DNA from: Candidatus Kerfeldbacteria bacterium
GTDB lineage: Bacteria; Patescibacteriota; Patescibacteriia; UBA10025; JAHIVO01
Direction: 5' to 3'
DNA: 42,696 nucleotides
Assembly: GCA_047946875.1 (NCBI GenBank)
Contig: CP181398.1
Span: 529,818 to 572,513, forward strand
In this document: positions 1 to 7,963 of the stretch, piece after piece
Position numbering within the stretch: position 1 is the first letter of the stretch
Layout of the letters: the number at the start of each line of letters is the position of its first letter
Translations under genes and position numbers: made by a program
Notes under the pieces: generated by a model
The model's input: only the letters and a program-made list of their open reading frames with translations
Databases searched by the model: none
Told to the model about the DNA's origin: nothing

Positions 1-42
1 TACTTAACTGTTAATTTTAAACTAACTAAATATTAATAAGAT

Positions 43-726
43 ATGAAGAAAAAAATATTATACCTATTTCTATTTGTCGTTATTGGATTCGTTTTAATAA
101 ACATACCATTTACCAATATTATTGGTTCAGGACAAAAATTTTCTGTATTTGATTTTTTTGCTCCTACTATTGGGATGTTTCTTGCTTCTGCTTGGGGTGC
201 TATCTCTGTCATTGTTGTTAAATTAATCAGTGCCTTAGTTAATGGCCAAAGTTTAGACACTGCTACAATCATCAGATTTTTCCCATTAGCACTAGCCGCA
301 CTTTATTTTGGAGCTAGAAAATATAAATTTATAGTTGCAACTATTCCACTAATTTGTATGGCACTATTTATTATGCATCCGGAAGGTCGTGGCGCTTGGT
401 ATTACTCTTTATACTGGTTAATCCCTATAGTTGCAGTTTTTAATAAGAAAAGTTTGATAATGAACAGTCTTGGTGCTACCTTCACTGCCCATGCTATAGG
501 TAGTGTAGCTTTTCTTTTCGCTTTTAACTTACCTAGTGCAGTTTGGATCGGATTAATCCCTATTGTATTTTTAGAGAGAATGCTATTTACTGGCGGGATT
601 GCTGTAAGTTATGTTGTGATGAATACCGCAGTTGATAAATTAGCTAAATTTTTAGAAAACAATTCTTTAGGTAGAATGGTTAACAAAGATTATGTCTTTT
701 CAAAAAGACTTTCGAAGAACCTATAA
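43..726 (+). CDS. polytopic integral membrane protein, function unknown
   Basis: 227-aa ATG-initiated ORF with about 6 hydrophobic helices (LYLFLFVVIGFVLINIPF, IGMFLASAWGAISVIVV, IVATIPLICMALFI and others). A hairpin terminator follows. No catalytic motif recognised. Confidence 0.6.
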   Translation: MKKKILYLFLFVVIGFVLINIPFTNIIGSGQKFSVFDFFAPTIGMFLASAWGAISVIVVKLISALVNGQSLDTATIIRFFPLALAALYFGARKYKFIVATIPLICMALFIMHPEGRGAWYYSLYWLIPIVAVFNKKSLIMNSLGATFTAHAIGSVAFLFAFNLPSAVWIGLIPIVFLERMLFTGGIAVSYVVMNTAVDKLAKFLENNSLGRMVNKDYVFSKRLSKNL

Positions 727-740
727 ATCATCAATTAAAA

Positions 741-770
741 AAAACCGTTAATAATATAACGGTTTTTTGA
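741..770 (+). terminator. rho-independent terminator after the membrane-protein gene
   Basis: Stem aaaaccgtta (741-750) pairs with taacggtttt (757-766) around a short loop, followed by a T-run. Confidence 0.7.
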
Positions 771-836
771 TATTCAAATTTTCGCTTTATTCTATCTATT
801 ATTATATAATTAACTTATAAATAGTAAGCATAATCT

Positions 837-2711
837 ATGTTCTGCGAAGTAATTTTATCACAACGTTTCCCAAAACATTTAGGTATTTTTGACTACAAAG
901 TACCTGATGATGTTGTTAGTGAAATAAAAATTGGACAACTTGTTTCAATCCCTTTTCGTAGTTCAGAAAAAGAAGGAATCATTATTAAAATAAAGAAAAC
1001 CAGCACCATTAATAAAAAAATAAAATCAATAGTCAAAATTATTCAAGATAAACCTATTATCACTTCAGAACAAATTCAGCTTGCTGAATGGATGGCTAAT
1101 TATTATTCTGTATCACTGGGAACAATTATAAAAACCATGTTACCCCCCGTCCTTAAAAATAAAATGCAACTAAAAATAAACGAAGTCGAATCATCGGGAA
1201 CACCTAATAAAATTAATCTTAACTATACAAAACAAATATTAGAAAAAAAAGTTGGCAAATATTATTTTACTCCCGAAAATATCCAAGAAAAAAATGCCCT
1301 AATATATGCATTAACAAAAAAAGTTAAGGGGCAGATACTAATAATAGTTCCTACTATAAAAGATATTGATAATCTAGTTAATGCATTTCCTAAATCAGTT
1401 CAAGAAAAAATTGCAATAATTAAAAGTGGCCTTAATAAAACTCAATATCATAGCGCCTGGCAATCTATTTTAAATAATAAAAAGAAAATAATCATAGGCA
1501 CAAAACTTGCATTATTTAGTCCTCTTATTAAACCAGAATTATTAATATTAGATCAAGAGGATAGCCAAAATCACAAACAGGCAGAACAAAATCCTAGATA
1601 TGACAGTCGACAAGTAATACATAAAATGTCAGAAATATACAAAACAAAACTATTACTATTAAATCCAGCGACTACTATAAATTCATATTTCAATATTTCA
1701 AATAATACAATTTCTAATATTAAAGAGGTTGGTAAAAATATCCATCAATCTATGGATATTGTAGATATGAAGAATGAACAAAAAATTCAAAATTATTCTT
1801 TATTCTCAGAAAGATTACAAGAATCAATAAATAAAACTTTATCCGATAAAAAACAAATACTATTATTTATTAATAAAAGAGGAGGATCATCATCGGTTAT
1901 ATGCAAAGATTGTGGAGAAAATCTAAATTGTAGTAATTGCGACCAACCTCTCACTTATCATACTAAAGATCAATTTCTTTATTGTCATCAATGCAACCAA
2001 AAGCATGCACTACCAAACTTATGTCCAAAATGTCATGGACCAAACTTTAAATTCATTGGTACTGGAACACAAAAAGTTGAAATTGAAACAAGAAAATTAT
2101 TTTCAAAGGCAAAAATCGCCAGACTGGACACTGATGATAATAATATTCAAAACCTAAACAGTCAAGATATTATTATTGGAACAGAGCTAGCACTTTCCCA
2201 TATGAACTGGGACAAGATTGGCTTAGTAGGTGTAATTTCTGCAGATACTTTTTTATATTTACCTGACTACTCATCTACGGAAAGAACTTGGCATTTATTG
2301 AATAAATTATTATTTTTATGTAATACAGAAATAATCATCCAAACATATTCTACTAGAAATCCAGCCATTAAATATTTAAATCAGACAAATCAAGAATTAT
2401 TTTATGAGAGCGAATTATCAGACCGTGAATCATTAAACTATCCCCCATATTCTAAGATTATACAGTTAATATACTCAAATAAAGATAAATCAATCTGCCT
2501 TAATGAAACAAAAGGATTATACTCTAAATTGAAGTCAAATAGCCTAAAAATAGCTATAATAACGCCTCTAAGGCCTTTTTTAAACAATAAGTGGCAAATG
2601 TACATTATTATTAAATTCAACTTAGAAACAGAAGAAAATAACATATTAAAATTAATGACTCAAATTCCTGAAAATTGGACAATTAATAGAGATCCAATCA
2701 ATTTACTTTAA
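837..2711 (+). CDS. priA: primosomal protein N' (PriA) homolog with degenerate helicase motifs
   Basis: The PriA-type N-terminus (FDYKVP) and the 8-Cys zinc module CKDCG..CSNC..CHQC..CPKC (aa 357-399) are present, and overall collinearity with PriA holds. The Walker A position reads PENIQEKN instead of GxxGSGKT, DEEH reads DQED, and the motif VI arginines are absent. Confidence 0.8.
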   Translation: MFCEVILSQRFPKHLGIFDYKVPDDVVSEIKIGQLVSIPFRSSEKEGIIIKIKKTSTINKKIKSIVKIIQDKPIITSEQIQLAEWMANYYSVSLGTIIKTMLPPVLKNKMQLKINEVESSGTPNKINLNYTKQILEKKVGKYYFTPENIQEKNALIYALTKKVKGQILIIVPTIKDIDNLVNAFPKSVQEKIAIIKSGLNKTQYHSAWQSILNNKKKIIIGTKLALFSPLIKPELLILDQEDSQNHKQAEQNPRYDSRQVIHKMSEIYKTKLLLLNPATTINSYFNISNNTISNIKEVGKNIHQSMDIVDMKNEQKIQNYSLFSERLQESINKTLSDKKQILLFINKRGGSSSVICKDCGENLNCSNCDQPLTYHTKDQFLYCHQCNQKHALPNLCPKCHGPNFKFIGTGTQKVEIETRKLFSKAKIARLDTDDNNIQNLNSQDIIIGTELALSHMNWDKIGLVGVISADTFLYLPDYSSTERTWHLLNKLLFLCNTEIIIQTYSTRNPAIKYLNQTNQELFYESELSDRESLNYPPYSKIIQLIYSNKDKSICLNETKGLYSKLKSNSLKIAIITPLRPFLNNKWQMYIIIKFNLETEENNILKLMTQIPENWTINRDPINLL

Positions 2712-2755
2712 TTCCATTAACTTAATACCAAATTATATAAAATAATCAAAAATAT

Positions 2756-2786
2756 AAGAGAGTATTTAAAGCACTCTCTTTTTTAT
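2756..2786. terminator. hairpin between convergent genes (possible bidirectional terminator)
   Basis: aagagagt (2756-2763) pairs with actctctt (2773-2780). T-run follows on plus and an A-rich run precedes. It lies between the priA stop and the stop of the convergent gene. Confidence 0.55.
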
Positions 2787-2792
2787 TCAAAT

Positions 2793-3032
2793 TTAATTTG
2801 TTGCGTCAATCTTCTTAGCTAAATCAATATCTCTATCTGTAACCTTCCTAACATCATGACTGGTTAAGGTAATTATCACATTCTTATAATCAAAAATTAA
2901 TATATCAGGATGATGCCCTGCTTCTTCTGCTAAGTCTCCTACTTTATTTACAAAAGATATTGCTTCTTTAAAATTATTAAACCCAAATTCTTTACCAATT
3001 TTTCCTTTTTTTTCTTTCCAGTTATCTTTCAT
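2793..3032 (-). CDS. pterin-4a-carbinolamine dehydratase (PCD/DCoH family)
   Basis: 79 aa with the family core AEEAGHHPDILIFDYKNVIITLTSHD. Size is typical of the family. Confidence 0.85.
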   Translation of the reverse strand: MKDNWKEKKGKIGKEFGFNNFKEAISFVNKVGDLAEEAGHHPDILIFDYKNVIITLTSHDVRKVTDRDIDLAKKIDATN

Positions 3033-3035
3033 ATT

Positions 3036-3590
3036 TTATTCCTTATCACAATTAGTTTCTAAATAGTTATTATATTCGTCAATCTTATTATCATGCTCTT
3101 CTATACTTCCTTCAGAAGCAATAATTCTAGCATCTAGAGCATCAGATTTCTCATTATAAGTATCTACTTTTATATTATAGGCATCTATGGATTCCTGTGA
3201 ATATTCATCTACATACATATTCTCTAGTTCATACCATAATGCATCCAACTCAACAATATCATTAGTGTAATCAAAGTTTGTAAATAAAGTATCAGCATAA
3301 GTAGCATCTTCATCTGAACAATAATAATCACCCACGCTAGTTAAATTACTATCAGAATTTGTATCTTCTGATTTATCACCAAAATTAGTAAAAACTGCAA
3401 TTCCAATAATTATAATAATTGGTATTACAACACTGATAATACTTCTAAATCCAGTTTTTTTAATTTGTTCTCTTTGCGACATACTTGGATCGATAGGTTT
3501 AGTTGAGATCTTGACGTCGTTTTTTGTACCACATTTAAGACAAACTACAGCATCTTCACTAATTTGTTTTCCACATTGTTTACAATACAT
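3036..3590 (-). CDS. zinc-ribbon membrane-anchored protein, function unknown
   Basis: N-terminal CxxC..CxxC ribbon (MYCKQCGKQISEDAVVCLKCG), one TM helix (IISVVIPIIIIIGIAVF) and an acidic C-terminal domain. Confidence 0.6.
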   Translation of the reverse strand: MYCKQCGKQISEDAVVCLKCGTKNDVKISTKPIDPSMSQREQIKKTGFRSIISVVIPIIIIIGIAVFTNFGDKSEDTNSDSNLTSVGDYYCSDEDATYADTLFTNFDYTNDIVELDALWYELENMYVDEYSQESIDAYNIKVDTYNEKSDALDARIIASEGSIEEHDNKIDEYNNYLETNCDKE

Positions 3591-3711
3591 ATTATTAATT
3601 ATAATAATTAGATATTTTAATTATAGCATGAAACTCTAACTATTTTCTATTTATTTACGATAATTGTTGTGGCTGTGAAATAACTTGTTATTTCCATAAA
3701 TACATATATTG

Positions 3712-4599
3712 TTAATCTAAAAATTCCATTATTGATTGTGCCGTTTGCATACCTTCATTATATAATTTTTTTAATTTGTTTTCATCCAATATCCATGATT
3801 GTACTAGATTATCTTTAGAAGGGTGGACTATCATTATTCTCTCTTCTTTCATTGCTAAGGCTAAACTTTTTCTAACGCTATTCTCCCTCTGCATGAAACA
3901 TTCGGAGAAGGTTCCTGGATACATCGGATTCGAAACAACCCCCTCTATAAAATTTTTAAGTTGGTGACCAAAATGTCTATGAATAGTAAGATTAAAAACT
4001 GCAATAATTTTCGAATTAGGGTTTTGTTCTAAAATATAATCCAGACCTAATGGTTCTTTGATTGCAGCATCAACATAGTGACCATTATCAGGCGAGGGAT
4101 AATAATATGGTATTGCACTAATTCCTGATTTCAATAAACTGAATATATTATCTTCATCCCTTGCATCATGATATTCAATCTTCATATTTTGAGTATTGAG
4201 TAATTTTACAAATAATGTGATTGGTTGATTCTTAAGAAATGCAATATTTAACTTTTTTTTATTTTTAACAACATCAATTACTTTACCAGGATCCATAGCA
4301 TTAAGCATAGAATCATGTTTAATTGGCGCAACATATCCATGCCAAAGCCTTTGTATAGCTCCAATAGGAATATTTCTTCTTCTTATAAAACCATGAGCTA
4401 GCTCTTCCCAAAAAATTGATGCACCATATTTAGTTTGATGAGTCAAAAAAAATGCACCATTTAAAGTTCCTGCGGAACAGCTATAAACTGATTTTAATTT
4501 ATTATATATATTAGCCTGTTCTAGACCTGTCACTACGCCTCCTCCAAAAACGCCTGACATACCTCCCCCTCCGAGATACAAGACTGCTTTTTCACTCAT
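3712..4599 (-). CDS. patatin-like phospholipase family protein
   Basis: Gly-rich oxyanion loop LGGGGMSGVFGGG, a nucleophile elbow CSAGT (GxSxG-like) and a distal Asp motif YVDAAI. Confidence 0.7.
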   Translation of the reverse strand: MSEKAVLYLGGGGMSGVFGGGVVTGLEQANIYNKLKSVYSCSAGTLNGAFFLTHQTKYGASIFWEELAHGFIRRRNIPIGAIQRLWHGYVAPIKHDSMLNAMDPGKVIDVVKNKKKLNIAFLKNQPITLFVKLLNTQNMKIEYHDARDEDNIFSLLKSGISAIPYYYPSPDNGHYVDAAIKEPLGLDYILEQNPNSKIIAVFNLTIHRHFGHQLKNFIEGVVSNPMYPGTFSECFMQRENSVRKSLALAMKEERIMIVHPSKDNLVQSWILDENKLKKLYNEGMQTAQSIMEFLD

Positions 4600-4602
4600 A
4601 AA

Positions 4603-5040
4603 TTATTTTTTGTTTTTAATATAATATTTATTTTTAAGATAACATTCTACACTCATCCTACTAGCATCAAAATGAGGTAATGGTAATTCTTTTGGATCTA
4701 TCCATAACCACTTTTCACATTTCTCTGGCTCCATTATTTTTAACTCACCCGAGAATTCTTTTACCATTAAAGCAATAGAAATATAATGTTTACCTTCTTT
4801 ATGATAGGTCTCTAAATTATTAGTAACAGCTATAACATCTGGGTTTTTTATATCAAGACCAGTCTCCTCTTTTATTTCTCTAACTGCTGCTTGTTCGAAA
4901 GTCTCCCCAAGATCAAGATGTCCACCAGGTATAGAATAAAATTGTGCAAGACTCCCTTTGCGTTTACCTACTAGAATATCTCCATCTTTATTCACGATAA
5001 TAACTCCAATACCTACTTTTGGAATATTTTTTATTTTCAT
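4603..5040 (-). CDS. NUDIX hydrolase
   Basis: Complete Nudix box GGHLDLGETFEQAAVREIKEETGL. Confidence 0.85.
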   Translation of the reverse strand: MKIKNIPKVGIGVIIVNKDGDILVGKRKGSLAQFYSIPGGHLDLGETFEQAAVREIKEETGLDIKNPDVIAVTNNLETYHKEGKHYISIALMVKEFSGELKIMEPEKCEKWLWIDPKELPLPHFDASRMSVECYLKNKYYIKNKK

Positions 5041-5411
5041 TAATCTAGTACTTTATCATTTTTTAGTATTTCTCTTTTATTTTTTCCTGATAATAAATGT
5101 TTTATTACCAAAAATTCCACATCTTTTCCAGAATTATTTGTAAATGTATGCGGTGATTTTTCCGTCTCTATAAGATCGCCAGTTTTTACAATTACAGAAT
5201 TCAATTTATCATTATCTTTCCATTCAGCTAATAACTCTCCATTAATAATGTAAATAGTTTCTGAAATTTTTTCATGATGGTGCCAATCTTGAACTGCACC
5301 TGAAATTTGTTTATTATAATGAACCTCATATTCATCTCTTAAATAATAATCAACCGATATTCCGACTTCTTTATCAACATGAATTGAATCTTTATTTGTA
5401 AAAATTTTCAT
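5040..5411 (-). CDS. cupin-domain protein
   Basis: 123 aa with a His cluster (WHHHEKISETIYIINGEL) and a later H (SPHTF), arranged as in cupin metal sites. Start overlaps the upstream stop by 1 nt. Confidence 0.55.
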   Translation of the reverse strand: MKIFTNKDSIHVDKEVGISVDYYLRDEYEVHYNKQISGAVQDWHHHEKISETIYIINGELLAEWKDNDKLNSVIVKTGDLIETEKSPHTFTNNSGKDVEFLVIKHLLSGKNKREILKNDKVLD

Positions 5412-5416
5412 AATTC

Positions 5417-5992
5417 TTAATAATTTTCTACAAAAATTTCAAAATGTGCTTGTGGATGTTGGCAAGCTGGACACATGTCCGGAGCTTCATTACTTTCATG
5501 TAAATAGCCACAATTATCACATTTCCATATTACTTTTCCATCTCTTTTAAATACCATCCCATTTTCTAAATTATCATACAATTTTCTATATCTTTTTTCA
5601 TGAGCTTCTTCTACTATAGCAATAGATTTATAAGCTCCAGCAATTTCATGAAATCCTTCCTCGTCAGCTACTTTAGCAAACTCTGGGTAAAGCTCTGTCC
5701 ATTCTTCTTTTTCTCCATCAGCAGCAGCTTTAAGATTTTCTAGAGTTGTTCCTATCTTACCAGCTGGATATGTAGCTGTGATTTCTACTGGCCTGCCTTC
5801 AAGAAATTTAAAAAATCTTTTTGCATGCTCTTTTTCATTAAGAGCTGTTTCTGCAAAAAGATTAGATATCTGCACCAATCCCTCTTTCTTTGCTGCTTTG
5901 GAAAAATAATCATACCTCATTCTTGCTTGAGATTCACCAGCAAAAGATTTTAGTAAATTTTGTTCAGTTTTTGAACCTTCTAATTTTTTCAT
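5417..5992 (-). CDS. rbr: rubrerythrin
   Basis: N-terminal ferritin-like di-iron domain (EQNLLKSFAGESQARMRY, EKEHAKRF, EEAHEKRY) plus a C-terminal rubredoxin CxxC..CxxC (CDNCG..CPAC). Confidence 0.9.
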   Translation of the reverse strand: MKKLEGSKTEQNLLKSFAGESQARMRYDYFSKAAKKEGLVQISNLFAETALNEKEHAKRFFKFLEGRPVEITATYPAGKIGTTLENLKAAADGEKEEWTELYPEFAKVADEEGFHEIAGAYKSIAIVEEAHEKRYRKLYDNLENGMVFKRDGKVIWKCDNCGYLHESNEAPDMCPACQHPQAHFEIFVENY

Positions 5993-6025
5993 ATTATTAT
6001 TTTTAGTTAGTATAAATAAACTTAA

Positions 6026-6412
6026 TTAATCTAAATATATATCAAAGAATACTTCCAAGGCTATTAAATCTTGCTTCTCTGACTCATATACATGGGTTTG
6101 GATTCCAACCGACCTAGCACTTTCTGCGGCTTTTTCATCATGTTCAAAATATACTACATCTTCTGCCTTCAAATTTAATTTATCTAGGAGTGTTTTATAA
6201 TATTTTGGGTCTGTTTTTTCGGGATCATGCTTCATAGTAAAAACTTCGTAAGGCATTTTATCCAAACCAAATTTTTCCATTTCCTCATCGTTAGCCCCTG
6301 TTAGAATAATTTTCTTGTTTGGATATTTATCAAGCATCTTATATAAACTTTTAAAAATACCTTCCTCTTTAATAACGAAGCAATTAATTGCATCTACTAA
6401 TATTGTTTTCAT
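6026..6412 (-). CDS. small HAD-like hydrolase (weak assignment)
   Basis: 128 aa. ILVDAIN at the N-terminus and VYFEHDEKAAESARSVGI near the C-terminus resemble HAD motifs I and IV, but the second Asp of DxD is missing. Confidence 0.45.
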   Translation of the reverse strand: MKTILVDAINCFVIKEEGIFKSLYKMLDKYPNKKIILTGANDEEMEKFGLDKMPYEVFTMKHDPEKTDPKYYKTLLDKLNLKAEDVVYFEHDEKAAESARSVGIQTHVYESEKQDLIALEVFFDIYLD

Positions 6413-6435
6413 ATTTATATTTATAATTTTTAGGT

Positions 6436-6717
6436 TTATTTTTTTGGCGGTGTAGTATAATAACTTTTGTTTTTATTATATTTATGTTCTAATCGTTCTA
6501 TTTGTGTAGTGCTCGATGGTTTAATATGATATATAGCTTCAAATATTTCTACCATATTTCTCATACTAGCAGCCCATAATTTTGGATCTTTTTTAAATAT
6601 TTCCTTGGCGTGTTTTATTATATGCTTTTTTACTCCCAACTCTGTCGAACTTTTATTTTTAGAAATCTTCTTAATCCATTTAGCTAAAAAAACATCCTTC
6701 TGATTTTTTGTTTGCAT
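6436..6717 (-). CDS. hypothetical basic protein
   Basis: 93-aa Lys-rich ORF in a co-directional gene string. No motif recognised. Confidence 0.4.
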   Translation of the reverse strand: MQTKNQKDVFLAKWIKKISKNKSSTELGVKKHIIKHAKEIFKKDPKLWAASMRNMVEIFEAIYHIKPSSTTQIERLEHKYNKNKSYYTTPPKK

Positions 6718-6722
6718 ATATT

Positions 6723-7043
6723 TTACTTTTTATTAACCCATTCTCTAGTAATCCATTTCTTGACTACTGCTTCTTCAAGATCAATATTTAAATTATTAGC
6801 AATAACTAAAATAATACCCAATACATCAGATAACTCTTTCGACATTTCTTTTTTAGATTTTTGGGTTGATAAGTATTTTTCCGGTCGACAACGCTTCTTA
6901 TGTATTACATATGATTGGACAAACTCACCAAGCTCTTCTGTAAGCTTTAACATTAAATAATCATCATCTACCTTAATATTGTCTCTTTTTGCATTATTAA
7001 GAAATATCTTTGAAATCTTTTTTTGTATTGTTTTTATCTCCAT
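6723..7043 (-). CDS. MazG-like nucleotide pyrophosphohydrolase domain protein
   Basis: 106 aa with the EELGEF..ELSDVLGIILVIANNLNIDLEEAV pattern typical of small MazG/YpjD-like all-alpha NTP pyrophosphatases. Confidence 0.6.
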   Translation of the reverse strand: MEIKTIQKKISKIFLNNAKRDNIKVDDDYLMLKLTEELGEFVQSYVIHKKRCRPEKYLSTQKSKKEMSKELSDVLGIILVIANNLNIDLEEAVVKKWITREWVNKK

Positions 7044-7142
7044 AATATTATTTTACTAGTTCGTTTATTATATCAAAAAATAGCTATATTATCGAATCAT
7101 CACATATATAAGTACAATTTAACTATATTAATGATTATACCC

Positions 7143-7171
7143 TTGACAAATAATAAATAATACTATATTAT
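7143..7171 (+). promoter_or_regulatory. near-consensus sigma70 promoter on the plus strand (TTGACA-17-TATTAT)
   Basis: TTGACA at 7143-7148, a 17-nt spacer and TATTAT at 7166-7171. It points away from all neighbouring genes, which are on minus, and into an ORF-free region. Confidence 0.7.
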
Positions 7172-7177
7172 AACAAG

Positions 7178-7526
7178 TTATTTTCATAACATATTGCTCT
7201 TTCATCTATCTGGTGTAATATATCCAGATAAATTAATATATATTGCCCCAAAACGCCAACGGAGGACAAATGTTCCGTAACTTTCAATTCTTCTGAATAA
7301 ACTGATACTCAACAACCAACGTTTAGCGTATTACAGCCGTAAGGCCACGAAAGCTCATTTCAGGGGCATGAAACTCGCGTAATCGTGAAGAACCGGTATT
7401 TACCCTAATAGTATGATACCACCTCAATAACGCACAAGAGACACACCCTGCACCACTATAGTGGTAACCGAGCATAATCCGTCATATTAATCATAGCAAT
7501 TTGCTTAGATATGATGGATTTTTTTA
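7178..7526 (+). ncRNA. candidate stand-alone structured RNA, about 350 nt, family not identified
   Basis: Bracketed by the promoter at 7143-7171 and the terminator at 7479-7526. No ORF over 8 codons. The core at 7240-7480 is visibly GC-enriched against roughly 30% GC flanks. It has GNRA-capped hairpins (gcc-gtaa-ggc, c-gaaa-g), long-range pairings TGCCCC 7244-7249 with GGGGCA 7363-7368 and ACGCCAACG 7251-7259 with CGTTTAGCGT 7319-7328, and local hairpins at 7208-7231, 7395-7420 and 7451-7465. Confidence 0.6.
7479..7526 (+). terminator. rho-independent terminator of the plus-strand RNA
   Basis: A 9-bp stem ccgtcatat (7479-7487) with atatgatgg (7509-7517) plus an inner agca/tgct stem, followed by 7 T (7519-7525). 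There is no T-run in the minus orientation. It overlaps the 3' end of the convergent ORF 7505-7894. Confidence 0.7.
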
Positions 7527-7894
7527 TTCAAATAATTAATTTCTTCTCTCCGATCTATCAATTGATGAGCTTGTTCCATTTCTTCCGGAGTGTAAATATA
7601 AACGATTTTAAATTTACCAGAAGTATTCTGCTTATCATTATCATGGACTGTTTCAATGATATTAATTAGCCCCCAATATAACCATTTACCATCAATATTA
7701 TGTACTAGGAAATTACGCACTGGTGGTTGTTGGTATAGTCTTACTTTTTGCTTATCTTTGAACTCAAAAACATTATCCTCAAAATCCTCAGCCGTAAATG
7801 GCTTGGCTTTATGCTTTTCATAATCTAACTCAGCAGGAAAACCCTGTTCTGAAGTAATTTGTAATGTGTCGTTAATTTCGAAAATACTACCCAT
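7505..7894 (-). CDS. hypothetical protein (129 aa)
   Basis: ATG-initiated ORF with normal composition for this genome. No motif recognised. Confidence 0.55.
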   Translation of the reverse strand: MGSIFEINDTLQITSEQGFPAELDYEKHKAKPFTAEDFEDNVFEFKDKQKVRLYQQPPVRNFLVHNIDGKWLYWGLINIIETVHDNDKQNTSGKFKIVYIYTPEEMEQAHQLIDRREEINYLNKKIHHI

Positions 7895-7963
7895 ATTATT
7901 TATATTTATTATTAAATTTCTCTTACTACTCTTACAAAAATATTATAATTTTACTTTTCATAT

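Noticed and set aside
33-272. Antisense and overlapping short ORFs from the six-frame track. Examples: 33-272, 2438-2644, 3776-3967, 4958-5143, 6712-6960, 7866-8093, 13799-14002, 14668-14865, 16256-16522, 17311-17532, 17841-18149, 18453-18671, 19438-19659, 20186-20383, 20472-20675, 23311-23562, 26682-26894, 27494-27694, 33889-34179, 35201-35425 and 36456-36698
   Set aside because: Each lies wholly inside or largely overlaps a longer ORF on the opposite strand that has clear family motifs. Their compositions (Ile/Phe/Leu/Ser-rich) are typical of shadow frames in AT-rich DNA.
3626-3641. Recurring intergenic decamer gca[t/c]gaaactc (also at 7366-7380 and 34621-34635)
   Set aside because: It was found post hoc. 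At 3626 it overlaps an extended -10 element (TGCTATAAT on minus), while the other two lack that context. Three loose matches are not enough to define a motif.
3712-5040. Patatin-like phospholipase next to a NUDIX hydrolase as a CBASS-like defence module
   Set aside because: No nucleotide cyclase, sensor, E1/E2 or other defence hallmark is adjacent. The neighbours are ordinary small hydrolases and rubrerythrin in one co-directional housekeeping string.
7240-7480. RNase P RNA, tmRNA, SRP RNA or a minus-sense T-box leader as the identity of the GC-rich island
   Set aside because: Only loose matches were found: GGAGGAcAAAuGUuCC versus GAGGAAAGUCC, AGAACCGGUAUUUA versus AGAACCCGGCUUA, and minus-sense UUAGGGUAAAUACCGG versus the T-box AGGGUGGUACCGCG. 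The element order is wrong for RNase P and there is no T-arm or tag ORF for tmRNA. The minus orientation lacks a good promoter or terminator and precedes a MazG-like gene, not an aminoacyl-tRNA-related one. Left as unassigned rather than named.
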